Position numbers and translations under genes: made by a program. 64,000 nt of DNA, from IMG/VR virus record IMGVR_UViG_3300036940_000207, positions 5,749 to 69,748 of that record, one strand, 5' to 3'. Origin of the DNA: a virus. Its lineage: Duplodnaviria > Caudoviricetes. Below the pieces are notes generated by a model. The model was not told where the DNA came from and did not search any database. It saw nothing but the letters and a program-made list of their open reading frames with translations. Below, piece after piece: positions 21,084 through 32,582 of the stretch (its first letter is position 1; each line of letters begins with the position of its first letter).

Positions 21084-21301
21084 TAGAACATCACTTGCAA
21101 ACGATGTTGATGGAAATTTAACTAGATTAACCACTACCGGACCACAACAAGGAAGGCATCTGCTGTATATGGTGGTGGTACAAGTGCTGCTGTACAATAC
21201 GTTGACAAACATAAATTTCCTATAATTAGAGTTGATAAAGTTGAAACAGATAAGAAACATATAAATATAACTGTAAATGAAGTTAAGGAGATAGATTAAT
21301 C

Positions 21302-21730
21302 ATGGTCACATTTGATCCCAATAAAAAGAAAAACTTATCATTTTCTATAAGTGTACAAGGTATTGATCCTTCAATTCTAGAATATAACCTTAGATTATCA
21401 AATGGTTCAGTAGATTATGGATTTAAAGGTAAGAATAATAATGGTGAAGTTATGTTTTCTATTCCTCCATTACAAGAAGTAATTAATAAAGATGTATTAC
21501 ATAATTTGAATGAAATCAAACTAGAAGTTAATGATAAAAACAATAAGTATTATCTTAAACCATTTGAAAATGAAATTAAGATAAAGAAAGAAATGAAAGT
21601 TGAAACTAAATTAGAAAAAGAAAAAGAAAAAGAAACTGAAACTAATGAATTTTCTGTTGATGTTTCACTTAATGAAGATGATAACAAAGAAGCGGAGAGG
21701 AAGAAACCTAATACTAAATTAAAGGAATAA
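21302..21730 (+). CDS. Hypothetical virion-associated protein
   Basis: Late promoter TATAAATA at 21260, AAGGAG RBS. Confidence 0.7.
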   Translation: MVTFDPNKKKNLSFSISVQGIDPSILEYNLRLSNGSVDYGFKGKNNNGEVMFSIPPLQEVINKDVLHNLNEIKLEVNDKNNKYYLKPFENEIKIKKEMKVETKLEKEKEKETETNEFSVDVSLNEDDNKEAERKKPNTKLKE

Positions 21731-21732
21731 TC

Positions 21733-22041
21733 ATGGCTTGGATACAGATATATAACACAAATTGAGAATATGATGATGATGCCTATGATAAAATTCCTGA
21801 AGTTAGAAAGAATTTTTGGGCAAGAAATCCTAATGTATCAATATCTAGTGGAATTATAAGTAGAAATAATAATCGTTTATATCTAAGAGTAAGGAAAGTA
21901 GGTACTACTGAACCAATATATACTGAATCCGAACTTAATAAGATCTATTTTGATAGTAAATTTGGCTCAAATGATTTTATAGATTATAATGAAAATTATC
22001 TAGTAGATTATGATGATTGAAAAATGGAAGATTATATTTAA
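21733..22041 (+). CDS. Hypothetical protein, code 4
   Basis: Open with two TGA. Confidence 0.55.
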
Positions 22042-22053
22042 GGAGTAACAGAT

Positions 22054-23427
22054 ATGGGTTGAAAAATTTCAGATAAAAACAACATAACACAAGAAGAACT
22101 TAATGATGATTTTGAAGTATTAGTAGATACAGGAACAGAATATAGAGCATTAACATTGGATCAATTACATTCATATGATGATTACATTAGTGGTGAATCA
22201 CCATATGGTGTGAGATGAGATACTACTAATTCTGATCCATCTGCATCATTAACTAAGGGAATTATTCAAAATGAAGTGTTTAAAGAATATGAATATTCAT
22301 CTTATCCAATTCAAAGTAAGATGAAAAGAGGTTTATTAAAGAATAATGGAGATTGATTCCCATTAGATCCAAATGATAGTAGATATTTGATGGATGGTTC
22401 ATTGGCTACTTTAGATGGTAGTGATGGGCAAGTAATGGTTCAAATCCCAACATTTTATATGATTGTTACTACTGATGGAACAGATAAATATTTTCTTATC
22501 AGTGAAAAACCATTCTCATTTAAAGGAATAAATGCTTGGAAACCAAAAGGATTTAAAGGTGTTGATTATGTATATATATCAGCATTTGAAGGATCTGTTT
22601 GAGAAAACAGTACACAAACAGTTAATGTGAGTGGTAATAATGGTGAAGGAGCAGCAGACACTGTTAATGATAAAATGTACAGTGTTGCCTATGCTAAACC
22701 TTGAACTAATGAAAGAAGAAGTGAATATAGAGACTTAGCTACTAATACTGGGGATATATTTCATCAATGAGATTGGGGTATATTAGAAATTATATATTTG
22801 TTATATATAACTGAATATGCTAATTGAAATACCCAACAAGAATTGCCTGGATTTACAGAAGAATCAGAATTTGAATTTTATAAGGTGAGACATAGTGGCA
22901 GAACATTATCATTAGGTAACAATTCAGGATCTATATTAGCGACTTCATTAGAAGATAGTGATTTGCCAAACATAACTCCTGGGTCTGATTACATAGCAAT
23001 GAGTTATAGAGGAATTGAAAATGTGTTTGGTAATGTATGAAAATTTGTTGATGGGATTAATATTGATAATAGAGATGGACTATGTAAAGTATACACATGT
23101 TATGATCCTTCTAATTTTATAGATGACACAACAACTAATTATATAGATACTAATCACGCACCAGCATTTGGTGATAGTGTTGGATATGTCGTAGATATAA
23201 AAGGATCTGGCCAATATTGTCCATTTTATCCAAGTAATATTAGTGGTGGATCAAGTAGCACATATCTATGTGATTATCACTATAATACTAGTGGTAGTTG
23301 AAGAGTGCTGCTTGTCGGCGGGTATTTGGTTAATGGTGATCCTGCGGGTTTCTTTTATCTGCATGCTCGCCGTTCCTCTTCCGCTGCTTATTCTTCTGTC
23401 GGCTCTCGGCTCGCTGCTTATGTCTAA
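22054..23427 (+). CDS. DGR target protein with C-terminal C-type-lectin-fold variable domain (457 aa), code 4
   Basis: YGVRWD, DGSDGQVMVQIP, GIENVFGNVW, C-terminal RVLLVGG...GSRL; about nine in-frame TGA. Confidence 0.88.
23302..23425 (+). repeat. DGR variable repeat (VR)
   Basis: 124 nt, ungapped alignment to TR, 24 mismatches, all at TR adenines. Confidence 0.97.
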
Positions 23428-23452
23428 TTTTGGAGGATATCCTCCAAAATTA
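23425..23452. other. DGR hairpin/cruciform downstream of VR
   Basis: Perfect 28-bp palindrome taattttggaggatatcctccaaaatta. Confidence 0.85.
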
Positions 23453-23509
23453 ATCACACTTTAAAATATTAAGAATGGGAAGAGTTTCTTCCCATTCTGG
23501 TTACATAGT

Positions 23510-23633
23510 AGAGTACTGAATGTCGGCGGGAATTTGAATAATGGTGATCAAGCAGGTTTCTTTTATCTGCATGCTAACAATTCCTCTTCCAATGATAATT
23601 CTAATATCGGCTCTCAGCTCACTGAATATGTCT
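23510..23633 (+). repeat. DGR template repeat (TR)
   Basis: AAT/AAC-rich copy of VR; flanked by 12-bp inverted repeat 23498-23509 / 23649-23660. Confidence 0.97.
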
Positions 23634-23750
23634 TAAAATTTAATATAAACTATGTAACCATGGCTCTTGCCAAAATACGTTTTGTCGAAACCCAGTGTTA
23701 GTAAGAGTAAAAATCTGAAAGTTCTGTTCTCACCGACATAAGGATTGTTT

Positions 23751-24821
23751 ATGAAAAGACACGGAAATTTATGAAAAGATATTATAGACTTGGACAATTT
23801 GTATTTAGCACACAAAAATGCTAGAAGGGGAAAGACACATTATAAAGAAGTAAAGTTAATAGATCAAAATCCTGAATATTACATGAAGAGGTTACAGACA
23901 CAACTAAAATGAGGATTTTTCGAAAATTCTGAATATACAATATTTAAGAAAGTTTGTGGAAACAAAATTAGAGAAATTTACAAACTTCCATATTATCCAG
24001 ATAGAATTGTTCATCACGCAATTATGAATATTATAGAACCTATATGAAAAAATGTTCTTATCAGGGATACATATTCAGCTATTAAAAATAGAGGTATTCA
24101 TGAAGGATTTTATAGAGTTAAGAAATTTCTAAGAGACAAACCCAACACCAAATATTGTTTAAAACTTGATATCAAAAAATTTTATCCCTCTATTAATCAT
24201 ACAATTCTCAAATCTATAATTAAGAAGAAAATAAAATGTAATAAAACACTAAATCTACTATTTAAAATTATAGATAGTGCTAAAGGGGTTCCAATAGGAA
24301 ATTACCTGTCACAATATTTTGGTAATTTATACTTAACTTACTTTGATCATTGGGTTAAAGAAGTTCTTAGAATTAAATATTATTGTAGATATTGTGATGA
24401 TATAGTAATATTACATAAATCAAAATCTGAGTTGAGACAAATATTTAAGGATATAAAACAATATCTTATAACTAATTTAGATCTTTCTATAAAATCTAAT
24501 TGACAAATTTTTCCTATAAATAAGAGAGGAATAGATTTCTTAGGTTATAAATTTTACCATAATTATATTAAAGTAAGAAAATCAATAGTTAAGAAATTTA
24601 AACATAAAGTAAAAATGATAAATAAATATATAGATTCCAAGACTAATACAAATATCATTAATTCTATCATGAGTTATTACGGTTGATTTAAACACAGTGA
24701 AAGTTTTGGAATATGATTTAATCAATTAAACACTAGATATTTAATATCATTATTTACTAATATTTGTCAGTTTAACCAAAAAATAAGAAACCCACACAAG
24801 GAGTCATTACAATGTATATAA
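23751..24821 (+). CDS. DGR reverse transcriptase (356 aa), code 4
   Basis: PDRIVHHAI, LKLDIKKFY, GVPIGNYLSQ, RYCDD, NWQIFP, GIDFLGY; six TGA, one TGG. Confidence 0.95.
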
Positions 24822-25303
24822 GATCATCAGCAATAGATTTTCCAGTTGTATATAAAAATAAAAATTATCTAATAGTACCTTTCAATATTAATGAAATAGT
24901 TACTACAGAAGAAGATGAAGAAATAATAACATATAATTTTTGTTTGTATAAGGAAAAATTTAGATCTAATAAATTACACTATATCAAAAATATAGTATGA
25001 AAAATGTTAGAATATGATTTGCATAATCATATATATCCTGAATATAATCAAGGATCACAATCATCAATCCAAGGATACGCAAACAAAGCAAAAGATGAAG
25101 ATAAATTTGATATTTATGAAGAATGTAAGAAGATCCAAGAATGAATAGATAGTTGTTTAACATATTATTATGATAAAAAGGATGAAATTTTTTACGCAAC
25201 AAGTGTAGAAGATGTTACAGTTGTTAATTGGAATTTTATTCAAAATGTTCCAAAACCAAATAACTTACTAAAGTTAAGAGAAATTAAAGAAATGTTTAAA
25301 TAA
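24812..25303 (+). CDS. Hypothetical protein (tail-fibre-assembly-like), code 4
   Basis: Overlaps RT stop; open with TGA=W. Confidence 0.55.
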
Positions 25304-25314
25304 GAGGTGAAAAA

Positions 25315-26850
25315 ATGGTATGATACAATCCAAGAGATTGATTAAATGAATCAATTAAAGCATTCAAATCAAAATCTGATTATTTAACAGATAAACAACA
25401 AGCAACAGTATCTGGTGAAGGATATGAATCTTTTGATATAACTGGATTCGGTTCTACTGGATTATCTAGTTTTAACATGTTTTATAATCAATACATTAAT
25501 AAAACATATAAGAATGAAGTTGCTAAGATTTATCATTATAGAAATATGGTTAATAATCCTGAAATTTCAGATGTTGTTGAAGATGCTGTTAATGAATCAT
25601 TACAAGAAGATACAGAAGGATATATAATTAATTTTAAAGTTAGTGATGAATCAATATCTAATAAAGAATCATTGATGAAAAATATTAATAATGAATTCTA
25701 TAATTTCTTCTATAACAAATTAAATATTGAAGAATCAGCATGAAATATATTTTATGATTATTTTGTTGATGGAAGAGTATATTTAGAAAATATTATTAAC
25801 GTTAATAGACCCAAAGAAGGTATTATTGGATGGAAACGATTACCTTCTGAAACAATGGATAGAATGTATGATGAATTTGGAAGAATTGAAGCATTTCTCC
25901 AATATTTAAGCAGAGATCCGAAAAAACCTAAAGATCTAGAAGATGCTGAAAGAGATGATAAAATTATTGTATTCTACCCTGAACAGATAACCTTTATTCC
26001 TTATCAATATGGTCAAAATAGAAATATAATATATGGATTCTTAGAAAAATGTAAGATTCCTTATAATCAGTTGAAACTTTTAGAAACTGCTATGGTGATA
26101 TATAGAATTGTAAGAGCACCAGAAAGATTTGTATTCAAAATTGATACAGGTGCTATGCCTAGAGATAAGGCAATGAAGTATGTCGAGAAAGTTAAGCAGA
26201 AAATGAACAAAAAACAGACATTTGATCCTAACACTGGTACATTACAGAACAGTTCAAGTGTGCTCAGTCTCCTAGATAATTATTTTTTGCCCCAAAGCGA
26301 TAACCGTGGTTCAGATATATCAACAGTTGGTGGATCAAGTAAAGGATTTGAATCATTGGATGATATATTTTATTTTCAGAAGAAATTATATAGAGCACTT
26401 AAATATCCTATGAGTAGAGTAGAAAATAAATTTGAGAATAGAACAGGTGATAATTTATTTCATGGTAATGCAATGGGGGAGATAACCAGAGATGAGATTA
26501 AATGATCCAAATTCTTAGAAAGACAACAGAAAAAAATTGCTGATAATTTGAAAGAGTTATTCCTATTACATTTAAAATTTAAAAATTTAAAAGATACTTA
26601 TGGATTAACCAAAGATAATTTTCAGATTCACTTTAATGATCCATCTAATTATAAGAGCCAAATGGATCAGATGTTATTAGAGACAAGAATCAATAATTAC
26701 ATGCATTTATCAAATGAGGAAGGATTCAGTAAGTTCTTCTTAATGAAACATTATCTTAATTGAGATGAAGAGACTATTAAAGAAAATGCTGAAGGAATAA
26801 AGAAAGATAAAGAATTAGGTCTTGTATCAAAAGATGGTATGGGATTCTAA
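25315..26850 (+). CDS. gp20: Portal protein (T4 gp20-like, 511 aa), code 4
   Basis: YFVDGR, LETAMVIYRIVRAPER.FKIDTG, ITRDEIKW; five TGA. Confidence 0.95.
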
Positions 26851-26883
26851 ATAGAATAGAATCAAATAAAAAAGGAGAATGTT

Positions 26884-27087
26884 ATGGGTGATGTAAACAA
26901 AGAAAATGTAAAGAAAGCATTGGATAATTTCGAAGATGAAAAATACGTTCAAAGTAGAGACATATTAAAGAAAGAGTTCAGAAAGAAATTTAATGATTAC
27001 TTAAAAAAAGAGTTAGATACTGAAAATGATCCTGTCGATGGTATCGAACCAGAAGAACCAGAAAAAGACAATACTGAAGATGAATAA
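26884..27087 (+). CDS. Small prohead core protein (gp67-like)
   Basis: Position after portal; acidic C-terminus. Confidence 0.5.
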   Translation: MGDVNKENVKKALDNFEDEKYVQSRDILKKEFRKKFNDYLKKELDTENDPVDGIEPEEPEKDNTEDE

Positions 27088-27189
27088 GTAATTGTTATTG
27101 TTTGATTTTTAAAGTGTGGGAGAATACTATATTCTTTCACACTTTTTTTATAAATAATTTAGATAAATATTTATAATAGGAGAATAAAT

Positions 27190-27813
27190 ATGAAAAAGTT
27201 GAAACTTATAACTGAGAGTAATTTTGACATATTAACCGAAGAAGATTCTAACAAGAATTTATATGTAACTGGTATATTTTCTTCAGCTAACAAAAAGAAC
27301 AGGAATGGTAGAACATACCCCAAGCACATATTAGAAAGAGAGGTAAATAAACTAAAAGATCAAATTAAAGAAAATGGTCCCATACTAGGTGAATTATCTC
27401 ATCCTGAAAGTAGATGTGAAACAAAGTATGAGTTAGCTTCTCATGGAACTGAAGAGTTATGATGAGAAGGAGATAATGTTTATGGAAGAGCAAAGGTACT
27501 AAAAAGTTTACCTTATGGATCTGTTCTTGAGGGTTTAATAAAAGAAAAAATTAAGATAGGGATTTCAAGTAGAGCACTTGGAAGTTTAAAAGAGAATAAT
27601 GAAGTGTCAGAAGATTTAAATATGATTTGTTGGGATGCAACTTCTAATCCTTCAAATTATGGAAGTTGGGTTAATGGTATACTTGAAGGTAAAGAATTTA
27701 GTATTCCCGAATCTCAAGTTATGGAACCTAATGAAGAACAGATCAAAGAGGCTAAAGAAGAATATTATAGAAAACTTTGACAAGTAATTGATAATATTGA
27801 GAAGAATTTATAA
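27190..27813 (+). CDS. gp21: Prohead protease (T4 gp21-like), code 4
   Basis: GIF..ANKKNRNGRTYP, GELSHP, GISSRALGS. Confidence 0.93.
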
Positions 27814-27824
27814 GGAGAGAAATT

Positions 27825-28052
27825 ATGCAAGATAAGACATTATTAGAAAAATTAAATTTATTTTTAGGTGAATCTGAAATTGATTGAAAACAGGTAAAAG
27901 AAGCAATGATAAATGCCGCTGAAGATATCTTTGATGAACCAGATAAAAAGGTTATTGATGATATGATTTCTACTATTAAAAAGAGAAATGATGCTAAGGA
28001 TACTGAAGATGCGATCCAGATTGGCATTAATATGATGAGAAGTGAAGACTAA
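27825..28052 (+). CDS. Small head-region protein, code 4
   Basis: LLEKLNLFLGE N-terminus; one TGA. Confidence 0.6.
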
Positions 28053-28066
28053 TATAAGGAGAATTT

Positions 28067-28369
28067 ATGCAAAATAAACTATTAGAAAAAATTGATAAAT
28101 ATTTGGAAGGTAGTATTAACCTAGATGAAAAAGTTTCTAGAAAAGAAGCTCTTCAAAAAGTAGAGAGAACAATAAAATCAGCAAAAACAGACAAACAATT
28201 AGAAGTTGCATCTAAAATGGTTGGAAACTTTATTAAAATGTATGGTGAAAAATTCATTGATGATGTTAAAAATCTTTTAAGTCCCCTTAGAAAAAACACC
28301 ACTGATAAATTTCTGAGAATGATTGATGATCAAAAAAAGAAAATTGAACTGGAAAAAGAAAGATCATAA
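28067..28369 (+). CDS. Small head-region protein
   Basis: LLEKIDKYLE N-terminus. Confidence 0.65.
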   Translation: MQNKLLEKIDKYLEGSINLDEKVSRKEALQKVERTIKSAKTDKQLEVASKMVGNFIKMYGEKFIDDVKNLLSPLRKNTTDKFLRMIDDQKKKIELEKERS

Positions 28370-28480
28370 TTTTCCCATAAACACTGGACTTTTTAACAAT
28401 TTTAACAATTTCTAGTGTTTACTTATAAATAAGATTAGATAAAGACAAATTTAAAACAATTCTAGAAGGAGGAATAAAAT

Positions 28481-29215
28481 ATGGAATTAGATAAAATCCT
28501 AGAGATGTTAGGTGTTGATAAACTTGACGAATCTAAACAAACAGAAGTTCAGGAAAAACTTCAAACCATTATTGAAACTAAAGTAGATGAGAAGGTCAAG
28601 GAAAAGGAAGAAACTCTTAAAGAAGAGTTAACAGAACAATTTGAGCAAAAATTTGAAGATTATAAAACTGATATTACTGAAAAATTTAGTAATTTTCTGG
28701 ACGAAGTAATCGAAGAAGAGATGAAAATCCCTGAAAAGATTAAGGAATATGCAAGAAAGGGTGAATTATACTCTGATGTTATGGAAACATTGAAGGTAAG
28801 AATGGGAATTGATGAAGGTGTTCTTGATGATGAAACTAAGAGTTTGATTAAAGAATCAAGAGATGAAATTTCTAAACTTACTGATCAAGTTAATTCTTTA
28901 ACTTCTGAGAACATGGAAATGAAGAAAGATGCTAAAGAGTTAAGTGCTGGTCTTTATCTAAGAGAGAAATGTGAAGGTCTACCTTTTAAACAAAAGGAAA
29001 AGATTATTTCTTTACTAGAAGGTATTACTTCTAAAGAAGAAATTGATAAGAAGTTTGATGTTTTGGCTGAATCAACCAAGAATGAAGAAACTGAATTAAC
29101 TGAGGAAAATAAAGGTAAGGGTAAAGAGGAAGGTAATTTAACTGAAGAAGTAAGTGATGATCCATTTACCCAAATGAAACAACAATGATTAACCATTATG
29201 AGTGAAGAAAAGTAA
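28481..29215 (+). CDS. gp22: Prohead scaffold (T4 gp22-like), code 4
   Basis: E-rich coiled coil before the major capsid gene; late promoter at 28424. Confidence 0.8.
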
Positions 29216-29252
29216 TTGAAATATAAATATTCTAAAGGAGGAATTAAAAATT

Positions 29253-30458
29253 ATGAATAAACAAATTTTAGAAAAATGAAAGGAACTATTAGAGAGTGAA
29301 AATGCTCCAAAGTTCAAAAGTAATAAAGTTAAGGAAGCTACTGCATTGATGTTAGAGAACCAGTTTTCTTATTTAAGCAAACAAGGTTATAACATGAATG
29401 AAGCAATTTCTGATCCTGGTACAGCTGCTTATTCAGGTAGTTTAACACCTCAAGGAAATTCTTATGGTCAAAGTGGATACTTTCATAAGATTGCTATTCC
29501 AATGGTAAGAAGAACATTTCCTGAGTTAATTGCTCACGAAATTGTAGGTGTCCAACCAATGACTGGACCAGTTGGATTAGCATTTGCTATGAGATTTAAG
29601 GCTGATCAAACTTATAATAGTGGAACTAATCAAGAAATTGGTTACAATACTATTGATAAAGACTATTCTGGAACTTATGAAACAAGTGCTGGTGAAGCAT
29701 TAGGATCTAATGAAACTAATGATTTGGGTCTTGGATTTGGAGATGGTACAGCTATCAAAGAATTAAGTATGACCTTAGAGAAAGATCAGGTCGAAGCAAA
29801 AACCAGAAAGTTAAGAAGCAGATGGTCAATTGAAGTTGCACAAGATATTCAAAATATGCACGGACTTGATCTTGAAAGTGAAATGACAGAAGCACTTTCC
29901 TACGAGGTAACTGCAGAAATTGATAGAGAGTTAATTGGTGAGATCAGAAGTGTTGCACCTCCTACTTCATATGATTATGACACTGATTTTGATGGTAGAT
30001 GGGAATCTGAAAAATATAGAAATCTATATAATGCAATGATCAGAAAAGCAAATAGAATTGCAGTTAAGACAAGAAGAGGTCCAGCTAATTGGGCAGTTGC
30101 TAACCCAACTCTTTGTGCAGCTCTTGAATCTACACCAAGTTTTGCTACACATCCAACGGGTGCAAATGTAAACACTGCTATTACTGGTGTTGCAAGAGTT
30201 GGATCATTAGATGGTAGAATGACTCTTTATAGAGATACTTTCTATGATACTGATAGTATTCTATTAGGATTCAAGGGTGTGAACGAATACGATACTGGAG
30301 TTGTTTATCTTCCTTACATCCAATTAATGTTGGATAGAGTTACTGATTATGCAAGTTTCCAACCTGCAATTGGTTTACTAAGTAGATATGCAATTCATAA
30401 ACATCTCCACGGGGCTTCAAATTTCTATGAAGAATTAGTATTTACTTCAATGCCTTAG
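29253..30458 (+). CDS. gp23: Major capsid protein (T4 gp23-like, 401 aa), code 4
   Basis: AAGGAGG RBS; MNKQILEKW(TGA)KELLE; VGVQPMTGP, VEAKTRKLRSRWSIEVAQD. Confidence 0.97.
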
Positions 30459-30479
30459 TAGCTAATTACATAGCAACTT

Positions 30480-30513
30480 TAAAACCCTTATACTTAATTG
30501 TATAAGGGTTTTT
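30480..30513. terminator. Bidirectional terminator after gp23
   Basis: aaaacccttatac-ttaatt-gtataagggtttt. Confidence 0.85.
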
Positions 30514-30515
30514 TA

Positions 30516-31211
30516 TTATTCATATCTAACCTCATTAATTTGTTTTAAAATTTCAATTTCTCTGTTTATACCCGGAAAATATTCTGTTTGTACCGACCAA
30601 CCAAAACCTAAACCTTTATTTTCCCAAAAATCTATAAAATAAGGCATTACTGTTTCATTAGATACTTTAATAAAACTATCTTTCTCAAAAATTTTTTCTA
30701 ACAAAGAATAATCAAAATACTTATATAACTTATCAATTACATAATCCCATTCTTTTCTCTCTTCCATCAGTTTTTTATTCCCCAATTCACAAAATGTAGA
30801 AGGTAATGGGCATTTTTTATCATGAAAACCAACCTCATAATTATTATAATCCTTTAAATATTTCAAATCCAAATTTATAATATCTTTAAATATATACTGT
30901 ATAACAACTGATCTTAATTGTATCCAATAAGGAATTATAACTACTTTATATCCCATATTGGTATATACTTCTTTCTTTTTATAGTCATTTAAAATTGTGT
31001 CTGGATTAGTATAATGAAACTTCCCATTAAACTCAATGATTAAATTTAATTCTTCAATTCTATAATCAGGTCTGTTTTTTATTCCACTACCAGGAACAAT
31101 TTTATCGTGATATATTTCACACTCTGGTAAGAACTCGGTTAAAAATTTACCTAATATCTCTTCAGTTAGATACCCCTCAACTTGTTCATAATCATAATTA
31201 ACTTTAACCAC
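30516..31211 (-). CDS. PD-(D/E)XK / DUF559-like endonuclease
   Basis: RPDYRIEELNLIIEFNGKFHY; four Trp, all TGG. Confidence 0.6.
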   Translation of the reverse strand: MVKVNYDYEQVEGYLTEEILGKFLTEFLPECEIYHDKIVPGSGIKNRPDYRIEELNLIIEFNGKFHYTNPDTILNDYKKKEVYTNMGYKVVIIPYWIQLRSVVIQYIFKDIINLDLKYLKDYNNYEVGFHDKKCPLPSTFCELGNKKLMEERKEWDYVIDKLYKYFDYSLLEKIFEKDSFIKVSNETVMPYFIDFWENKGLGFGWSVQTEYFPGINREIEILKQINEVRYE

Positions 31212-31227
31212 ATTAAACTCCTTGTTT

Positions 31228-31785
31228 TTATTCCTTCTTATATATCAACTCCCATTCTTCACTATCAACCATTACATCTCTCATAGTATCGGGGTCTAAT
31301 CTTTTAGCTTCATATCCACCAAATTTATAACCTATCTTATCATAAGCATAAGAATAGAGTCAACTACAAATTGGGAAATCTTCTATAAATCCTATCCTCC
31401 TGAATAAGTAAATATCCTTTCTTTTTCTCAATAATTTAGTTAATGAAAAATCAGCTAGAAATAATAATAATTTTAATCCACCATATATGTTACCTTTATA
31501 CTTATTCAAATATTCTTGAATTACATGTTGTTCAAATTTAGTTAAATGTTTCTTCCTTCATACCTCAAATCTTTTATGATTATCAAATCATTTTAAGTAG
31601 TTAGTATCTTTAACTGTTAATCCAGCTTCGGAAATTGTATCAGGATATTTAAATCCTGATATATGTGTAGAATATACTCTTTCTTCTCCTGGTTCTCTAC
31701 TAAATCAAGCAACTAATTTACCAAACAATGATTTTCTATTAACACAAATAACATCTCCCGTTTCAAATTTTGGATAATTGATCAT
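31228..31785 (-). CDS. Permuted papain-like amidase (YiiX/YaeF-like), code 4
   Basis: GDVICV..., YSTHISG, ICSWLYSYAY; own TATAAATA late promoter near 31811-31818. Confidence 0.6.
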
Positions 31786-31866
31786 ATATCCCTCCAAATA
31801 AAAATTTAATTACTATATATTTATAGTAATAGAATTTTAAAAAGATATTATGGGAGTATTTAGTTG

Positions 31867-32052
31867 TTATGCATATCATTTATAAAGTTGTTTGAATAAA
31901 TCAGTAAGTTCTGTATATCCAAGTTGTATAAGAAAATTAACAAGTATTTCATCTGCGATGTGATGGTTTTCTTCTCTATCAGTTTGATCATCAACCAGTT
32001 TTTTCATTTTTTCAACTGCTTCAGTATAAATTTGCTTATTTGTTTTCTTCAT
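31867..32052 (-). CDS. Small hypothetical protein
   Basis: HHIADEIL...LGY...KW(TGA)YA. Confidence 0.55.
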
Positions 32053-32062
32053 AATTTTCCTC

Positions 32063-32272
32063 CTATACTAATTCAAATTTAACTGGTCCTTGATGTGGAT
32101 AAAATACAACACTGTACTTTTCTGCAACAAGATATACTGCCTTATCATTTTCATATATTAATTTGGTGAACTCTTCCAAAGTATCATAATCACTTAATTC
32201 TTTACTTAGTTCTACTGTGACAAGATGATGTTCAACTCCATTTAAAATCTGAAAAATCTTTATATGTGTCAT
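32063..32272 (-). CDS. Hypothetical early protein
   Basis: ORF in early operon. Confidence 0.55.
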   Translation of the reverse strand: MTHIKIFQILNGVEHHLVTVELSKELSDYDTLEEFTKLIYENDKAVYLVAEKYSVVFYPHQGPVKFELV

Positions 32273-32273
32273 A

Positions 32274-32582
32274 TTAATCTCCTATAATTTCAATGATATC
32301 AATTAATGAAACTAAATCACTAATTTTTAATAGTTTAGTAGCTTTCTTAATATATTCTTGTCTTGAATATTCAGTCCAACTACCATCATCATAATACCAA
32401 CCACAACCATCTTCATGATTATGTACACAAAATTTTTCATGTAATACTTCTGCTAATCTTAAAGTTTCTTCACTATAAGGCAGATTTTTTCTTTTCTTCT
32501 TTTCTTCCTGTAAAGAATTTTTAAGTTCCTCTAGTTCTCGTTCTCTTTTTTCAACATCTGATTCTAAATCACGGATATTCAT
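32274..32582 (-). CDS. Hypothetical early protein
   Basis: LHEKFCVHNHEDGCGWYY. Confidence 0.65.
   Translation of the reverse strand: MNIRDLESDVEKRERELEELKNSLQEEKKKRKNLPYSEETLRLAEVLHEKFCVHNHEDGCGWYYDDGSWTEYSRQEYIKKATKLLKISDLVSLIDIIEIIGD

Larger units (their letters stand above)
22054..24821 (+). mobile_element. Diversity-generating retroelement cassette (target-VR-hairpin-TR-RT)
   Basis: Adenine-specific TR/VR divergence plus adjacent RT. Confidence 0.95.

Noticed and set aside
21084-21300. Coding-like fragment between PAS-GAF and 21302
   Set aside because: No start codon or RBS and inconsistent frames; possibly a remnant, not supportable as a gene.
24812-25303. Avd accessory protein of the DGR
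   Set aside because: No Avd-like motifs recognised; it looks more like a tail-fibre-assembly-type protein. A profile search should confirm.
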